From the IMG/VR virus record IMGVR_UViG_3300042197_001567, positions 1 through 64,000 of that record: a stretch of 64,000 bases of DNA, one strand, 5' to 3'. This DNA comes from a virus. A program made the translations under genes and the position numbers. This document shows, in pieces, positions 59,253 through 64,000 of the stretch (position 1 is the stretch's first letter; every line of letters begins with the position of its first letter). The notes beneath the pieces were generated by a model. It did no database searches. It was not told the origin of the DNA and saw nothing but the letters and a program-made list of their open reading frames with translations.

Positions 59253-61277
59253 ATGGCTTTTGTAATAATTGACGATCCGGTAGGTGGTATCAGTACAACG
59301 GTAAGAACTGGGTACAATAATAAGGCTCTAGGACCAAATTCAGTAGTTTTAGGTGGATTTGGAAATACTTCGTTATCAAAGTATGGAATAATTTCTGGTG
59401 GTTATTGTAATACAAATATTGGTTACTTATCAAACATCGATGGTGGTAGAAGAAACACAACCACAGGTTGTTATTCAAATATAGGAGGTGGTTATTGTAA
59501 TATAACCACTGCTGTTTTATCATCAATAAATGGTGGTTTTAGAAATACGATAACAGGTGGTAATGCAACAATAAACGGAGGTACAACAAATTTCGCGTCT
59601 GGTCTTGTTTCTACAATAGGTGGTGGATGTCAAAATATTGCCACTGGTGGTTGTTCTGTCGTTTCTGGTGGATATTTAAATTCGGCGACCAACACTAACT
59701 CTAGTATTGTAGGTGGTTGTTTAAACACTGCATCTGGTCAGTATAGTTTTATAGGTGGCGGTAGTAATAACACTGCGTCTAGTCTTAATTCAATTGTTAC
59801 TGGTGGATTTTCTAACATCGCAAATAATTTATGTTCTGGTGTTCATGGTGGTTCTTTTAATGAAGCCCTTGGTGAATTTTCATTCATAGGTGGTGGTAAA
59901 GATAACACAGTTTTATGTTCAGTATCAACTGTTGTTGGTGGTAACTATAATACAGTTAATTCTGAATGTGCGATTATTGGCGCTGGTCAAAACAATACTA
60001 TTGAATCAAATTATGGTTTTATTGGTGGTGGTTTATACAATACATTGGATGCTGATAGCTCATCTATTGTTGCAGGATTTAACAATTTAGCATTAGGATC
60101 ACTTTCTTTTATTGGTGGTGGTAGATTAAATACTGTACTATCAAACATGTCAGTAATCGGTGGAGGTTTTAGTAATGATAACTTTGCAACTTACGGTACC
60201 GTTGGTGGTGGTTCTGAAAACACTGTAATTCTGGACGGATCAACAATTGCTGGAGGTCAGTTTAATACTGTTATACAATATAACTCTACAGTTGCTGGAG
60301 GTTATGGGAACTTTATTGATGGTAACTGTTCATTCGCAGTAGGTAATAGTAACGTTGTTAGTGGTGATTCGTCTTATGTAATTTCTAATAGTTCTACATT
60401 AAATGCAACAAATTCAGCAATTATTGGTGGTTCTGGAATTATTGGAAACGATAGTGACACTGTTTATGTTCCTTATTTGAATATCCAAAATGTAACCACA
60501 GGAACTTCAATTTCTAATCTAGGAATTACTTCCGCAGGTTTAGTTGTGTTTGGTGATGACTTAACAGGATCCACACCATCATTGGCACAAACAATAGCAG
60601 TTGACCCTCTTACAGGTGGAAACATTGTAATGACCACCTCAACAGCAATCATTTCTGAAAACACTCAAGGTAATATGAGTGTTAACGATTCCGGGTTAGG
60701 CGCTCAAATATTTATGCAAACCGCAGCAAGTGGAGATACTGTGGATAGTGTATATGATCAACAAAACACTTCTATTTCAGTTCAAGTTAGAGACAATTTG
60801 ATAATTCAAAGTAACCTACAAATGTCCACTAAAGAAATTAAATTAACAACAATTGATAACCCACTTGGAACAACTGGTTCAACCGATACGGGTGTTGTAA
60901 TTAACGGTTACAAATATGTTACGGCAACTTTGGTTACAAATGATGCAACACCAACCGATATAATTAAAATTGAAAATTCTACAGGTGAATTAGTTGGTGG
61001 TGTCACAAATGTAAAAGTATGGTGTAATGCTTATGATACTTCATTAGTATCTTCAGGATTATCACAAGAATTTACTTCAGCATATCTTGTTGACGGATCT
61101 TCAGTTCTTTCTCAATTATCTTTAACTCCAACAACAAATTTAAATTACTCTAGTTTTGATCCGACTGTAAGCGCGGATTTAACTTACACAACATCACCAG
61201 CAAGAGTAATAGTCGAGGTGACTGGTTTAGCTTCAGATTCCGTATCATGGAAATGTAGGGCTAGATGGTCTCAATAA
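59253..61277 (+). CDS. Fibre/adhesin-like protein (start revised to MAFVIIDDP at 59253)
   Basis: Same N-terminus as 15623 and 55403; about 25 GGxxN repeats. Confidence 0.75.
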   Translation: MAFVIIDDPVGGISTTVRTGYNNKALGPNSVVLGGFGNTSLSKYGIISGGYCNTNIGYLSNIDGGRRNTTTGCYSNIGGGYCNITTAVLSSINGGFRNTITGGNATINGGTTNFASGLVSTIGGGCQNIATGGCSVVSGGYLNSATNTNSSIVGGCLNTASGQYSFIGGGSNNTASSLNSIVTGGFSNIANNLCSGVHGGSFNEALGEFSFIGGGKDNTVLCSVSTVVGGNYNTVNSECAIIGAGQNNTIESNYGFIGGGLYNTLDADSSSIVAGFNNLALGSLSFIGGGRLNTVLSNMSVIGGGFSNDNFATYGTVGGGSENTVILDGSTIAGGQFNTVIQYNSTVAGGYGNFIDGNCSFAVGNSNVVSGDSSYVISNSSTLNATNSAIIGGSGIIGNDSDTVYVPYLNIQNVTTGTSISNLGITSAGLVVFGDDLTGSTPSLAQTIAVDPLTGGNIVMTTSTAIISENTQGNMSVNDSGLGAQIFMQTAASGDTVDSVYDQQNTSISVQVRDNLIIQSNLQMSTKEIKLTTIDNPLGTTGSTDTGVVINGYKYVTATLVTNDATPTDIIKIENSTGELVGGVTNVKVWCNAYDTSLVSSGLSQEFTSAYLVDGSSVLSQLSLTPTTNLNYSSFDPTVSADLTYTTSPARVIVEVTGLASDSVSWKCRARWSQ

Positions 61278-61295
61278 AATTATTTTAATAATAAT

Positions 61296-61321
61296 AACCC
61301 CACACTTAAGTGGGGTTTTTT
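61296..61321 (+). terminator. Intrinsic terminator
   Basis: AACCCCAC-acttaa-GTGGGGTTTTTT. Confidence 0.85.
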
Positions 61322-61361
61322 GTTTTATACACTTTTGATTTTCATTTATTATTTTAAAGGT

Positions 61362-62105
61362 ATGTTTGTAAGTATATGTAACAAAGAATACTTGGTTGGA
61401 TATGAAGTAATGTTAAAATCTTTGACTGATACAAATCCAAGAGTTATAAATGAAAATATCCCCTTTTATTTAATTAGTAATGATTTGACTGATGAAGATT
61501 TGATCGTGTCAAAAAAAATTCACTCAAATATTACATTAATGAATTACAACACAGAAAAATACGAAAAATTAAAAAAGTTACAAGAAGGTCAAGTTGTTTT
61601 TGGAGACTATAGTAAGTATGAAATATTTTCTTTAGATTTTTTAGATAAAATAATATTTCTAGATACCGATATTGTTGTGTTAGGAAATATCGATCATTTG
61701 ATAGACTTCAAAGAAGATTTCGGTGCGGTTAGAGAATTATACATTGATCAATATAACACTGGAGTTATGGTGATTGGAAAAAAATATCTCAATAAAGAAG
61801 TTACTGATCACCTTATTCATCTTACAACAATTTATGGAACAACTGAACATTTAGATCAAGACATAATTGATCATTACTTCAGTGACATAATTACCCCACT
61901 ACCAATAGAGTACAATTATTTAAAAACATATTCAAAACAAATATTTCAAAATACAGGACTTCCAAAGTATTTAAAAATTTTACACTTCATTGTAAAAAAA
62001 CCTTGGCAAAATAAACCATTGGTGTTTTTAGAGGAAGGTACAATTTGGCAAGAAAAATATTGGTTTGATGTTTATTCTAAAATATTAAAATTAAAAAATG
62101 GTTAA
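61362..62105 (+). CDS. Glycosyltransferase family 8 (start probably 61362)
   Basis: KIIFLDTD, YNTGVMV, DQD, YN, ILHF..KKPW. Confidence 0.85.
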   Translation: MFVSICNKEYLVGYEVMLKSLTDTNPRVINENIPFYLISNDLTDEDLIVSKKIHSNITLMNYNTEKYEKLKKLQEGQVVFGDYSKYEIFSLDFLDKIIFLDTDIVVLGNIDHLIDFKEDFGAVRELYIDQYNTGVMVIGKKYLNKEVTDHLIHLTTIYGTTEHLDQDIIDHYFSDIITPLPIEYNYLKTYSKQIFQNTGLPKYLKILHFIVKKPWQNKPLVFLEEGTIWQEKYWFDVYSKILKLKNG

Positions 62106-63003
62106 AAGACATTACGAGCAACACGAGTTATTAAAATATAACCAACGTGAACCTAACATTACAAATTATGAAGGAAAAGAATTATTATTACATTTTGATT
62201 CTTTTTGTTTAGGAGATACAATTTGTTTTTCTTCTTTTATGGATTCTTTTATGGAATATCATAAACCAAGATTTGTTTGGGTCACAACATTTTTTCCCCA
62301 TTTATTAAAATCACACAGACCTGATTATGAATTTGTTTCCGCGCAAAATGATAAGTTTTTAGATGTGGACAAACTTTTAGACATAGGTTATGACAAAGAT
62401 AATATGAGCCACACAACAGGAGGAATGTTTTATGCCGTTAAAGATACAATGCAATTACCACAACATTTTTCACCTAGCGATTGTCCTGTAATTCCATTCG
62501 AAAGAAAAATAAACCCTAGAAAAATTACAATAGGTCCAGAGACAATTAAATATATTTCGCAGTGGAACTATAAAGGTGGATGGCAATATGTTGTTGATTA
62601 TTTAAACAATTGTGGTTTTGAGGTTTATAATATTTCATATGAAAACACATTAAATTTAAAAAATGTTTATGGTATTCATGGTCACGACGACTTGAATGTT
62701 GCAATTTCACATATAAATGAATCTAGATTTTTTGTTGGTCTATCATCAGGTCTTTCATGGTTATCATGGGCATATAAGGTTCCAGTTGTGATGATATCGA
62801 ATTTTACAAAAAGACAAAACGAATTTGATTGCTTTAGAGTTGAGAACTTAAATGTGTGTAACGGATGTTTTAATGTATTTCCGAATATTAAATCTGATTG
62901 TCCGGTTTTGAATAATACCAACAGACAAAATGAATGTCACTTAACAATTACACCTCAAATGGTTATAGATAAAATAAACATGGCTATTGAATTTACAAAA
63001 TAA
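62098..63003 (+). CDS. TibC/Aah (BAHT)-like protein heptosyltransferase
   Basis: SFCLGDTI; W..VVDYL; FFVGLSSGLSWLSWA...PVVMISNFT...EF; CNGC...C...ECH..ITP.MV Cys cluster. Confidence 0.75.
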   Translation: MVKRHYEQHELLKYNQREPNITNYEGKELLLHFDSFCLGDTICFSSFMDSFMEYHKPRFVWVTTFFPHLLKSHRPDYEFVSAQNDKFLDVDKLLDIGYDKDNMSHTTGGMFYAVKDTMQLPQHFSPSDCPVIPFERKINPRKITIGPETIKYISQWNYKGGWQYVVDYLNNCGFEVYNISYENTLNLKNVYGIHGHDDLNVAISHINESRFFVGLSSGLSWLSWAYKVPVVMISNFTKRQNEFDCFRVENLNVCNGCFNVFPNIKSDCPVLNNTNRQNECHLTITPQMVIDKINMAIEFTK

Positions 63004-63017
63004 AAAAAATATAATTA

Positions 63018-63907
63018 TGAAAATGGAAAAACAAAAGGAAAAAAAATATTCTATATTCCACATTGAAGGTGGTTTAGGAAAACATGTCTTGGCAACTGCG
63101 GTTGCACAATGTATTAAAAATAATCACCCAGACAGAGAATTAATTATTGTCTGTGGTTATCCTGAAATTTTTATAAATTTAAATTTTGTTAGTAGAGTTT
63201 ATAGAATTGGGTTAACACCTTATTTTTATGATGACTACATTAAAGATAAGGACAGTCTCATTTTCAAACACGAACCATATTTTACTTCGGATCACATAAA
63301 TAAAAAACTTCATTTACTTTTAAACTGGTGTAAACTGTATGGTTTAAAATATAATAATGAACAACCTCAATTAGTTTATAATGTAAGACAACAACAAATT
63401 GCTCATGGTAAATGGTTCAGAGATAAACCCGTAATGGTATTACAAACTAACGGAGGACCACTGCAGGAACAACAGTATACGTACTCTTGGACTAGAGACA
63501 TACCTTTTGATGTTGCCCAAAACATGGTAAATCATTTTTCAACAAAGTATCATGTAATTCAAATATGTAGAGATCAATCTAATGTATTACAAAATGTTGA
63601 GGCACATTTTGGTCCAATGCCAAACATGGAACTATTTTCACTTTTGGCTTACGCACAAAAAAGAATTTTAATTGATTCATGTTTGCAACATGCGGCAGCA
63701 GCAATGAATTTACCATCCACAGTATTGTGGGTTGGTACATCACCAGACTTATTCGGTTATAAATTACATGAAAATATTGTGGCAAAATTACCAGAAAACT
63801 TCAGATTACCTGATAGTTATTTGTTCGACTACAATTTTAATGGTGTAACACATGAATGTCCTATGATGGATACAAACATTTTTGATATGACAAAAATTTT
63901 AAAGTAA
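63018..63907 (+). CDS. GT9-like (ADP-heptose-type) glycosyltransferase
   Basis: GGLGK, IDSCLQHAAAAMNLPSTVLW..TSP..FGY..H.N; start uncertain (62987/63018/63024). Confidence 0.75.
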
Positions 63908-64000
63908 TGGAAAATTGGGATTTTAAATTTCACGGAGGGTTTAAAAGAAACCATGAAAAAAATAAAAGGGCGATGATTGTTGGTACATTTCAACCATACC
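63907..64000 (+). CDS. Partial CDS, possibly HxGH nucleotidyltransferase
   Basis: MENWDFKFHGG...AMIVGTFQPY truncated at window end; resembles G(R/T)FQPxH. Confidence 0.45.
   Translation, partial: MENWDFKFHGGFKRNHEKNKRAMIVGTFQPY

Noticed and set aside
15623-61277. Diversity-generating retroelement acting on fibre genes
   Set aside because: No reverse transcriptase in the window and no adenine-specific TR/VR pair noticed

Overview
AT-rich, gene-dense 64 kb segment of a large T4-like (myovirus-type) jumbo phage. The host is most likely a Bacteroidota, based on two TTTG-N19/20-TAnnTTTG promoters, a Bacteroidota-type DnaK, a tmRNA resuming at GGC, a Q+1 signal peptide and a phage bS21. From left to right: (1) a proteostasis block (Bpt/ATE1-like aminoacyl transferase, tmRNA, M20/M28 peptidase, ClpC lacking its N-domain, two-UVR protein, DnaK, KTSC); (2) head morphogenesis (terminase, portal, antisense bS21, prohead protease, scaffold, major capsid); (3) a minus-strand block with a gp5/VgrG-like hub, a gp55-like late sigma, PhoH, dUTPase, an exonuclease and many glycosyl/methyltransferases; (4) paralogous fibre/adhesin genes followed by GT8, TibC/Aah-like and GT9-like transferases. 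Four free-standing homing endonucleases are present, and a TATTTAT motif precedes about 24 genes. The most striking observation is in the GT4-like glycosyltransferase at 47892-49139. It has an in-frame GGC-TGA-GGT at codons 26-28, inside a 13-bp GC-rich hairpin, about 65 nt from an overlapping homing endonuclease gene. This is a candidate programmed stop-hopping (translational bypass) cassette reminiscent of T4 gene 60/mobA. All assignments come from motif recognition by eye; no searches were run.
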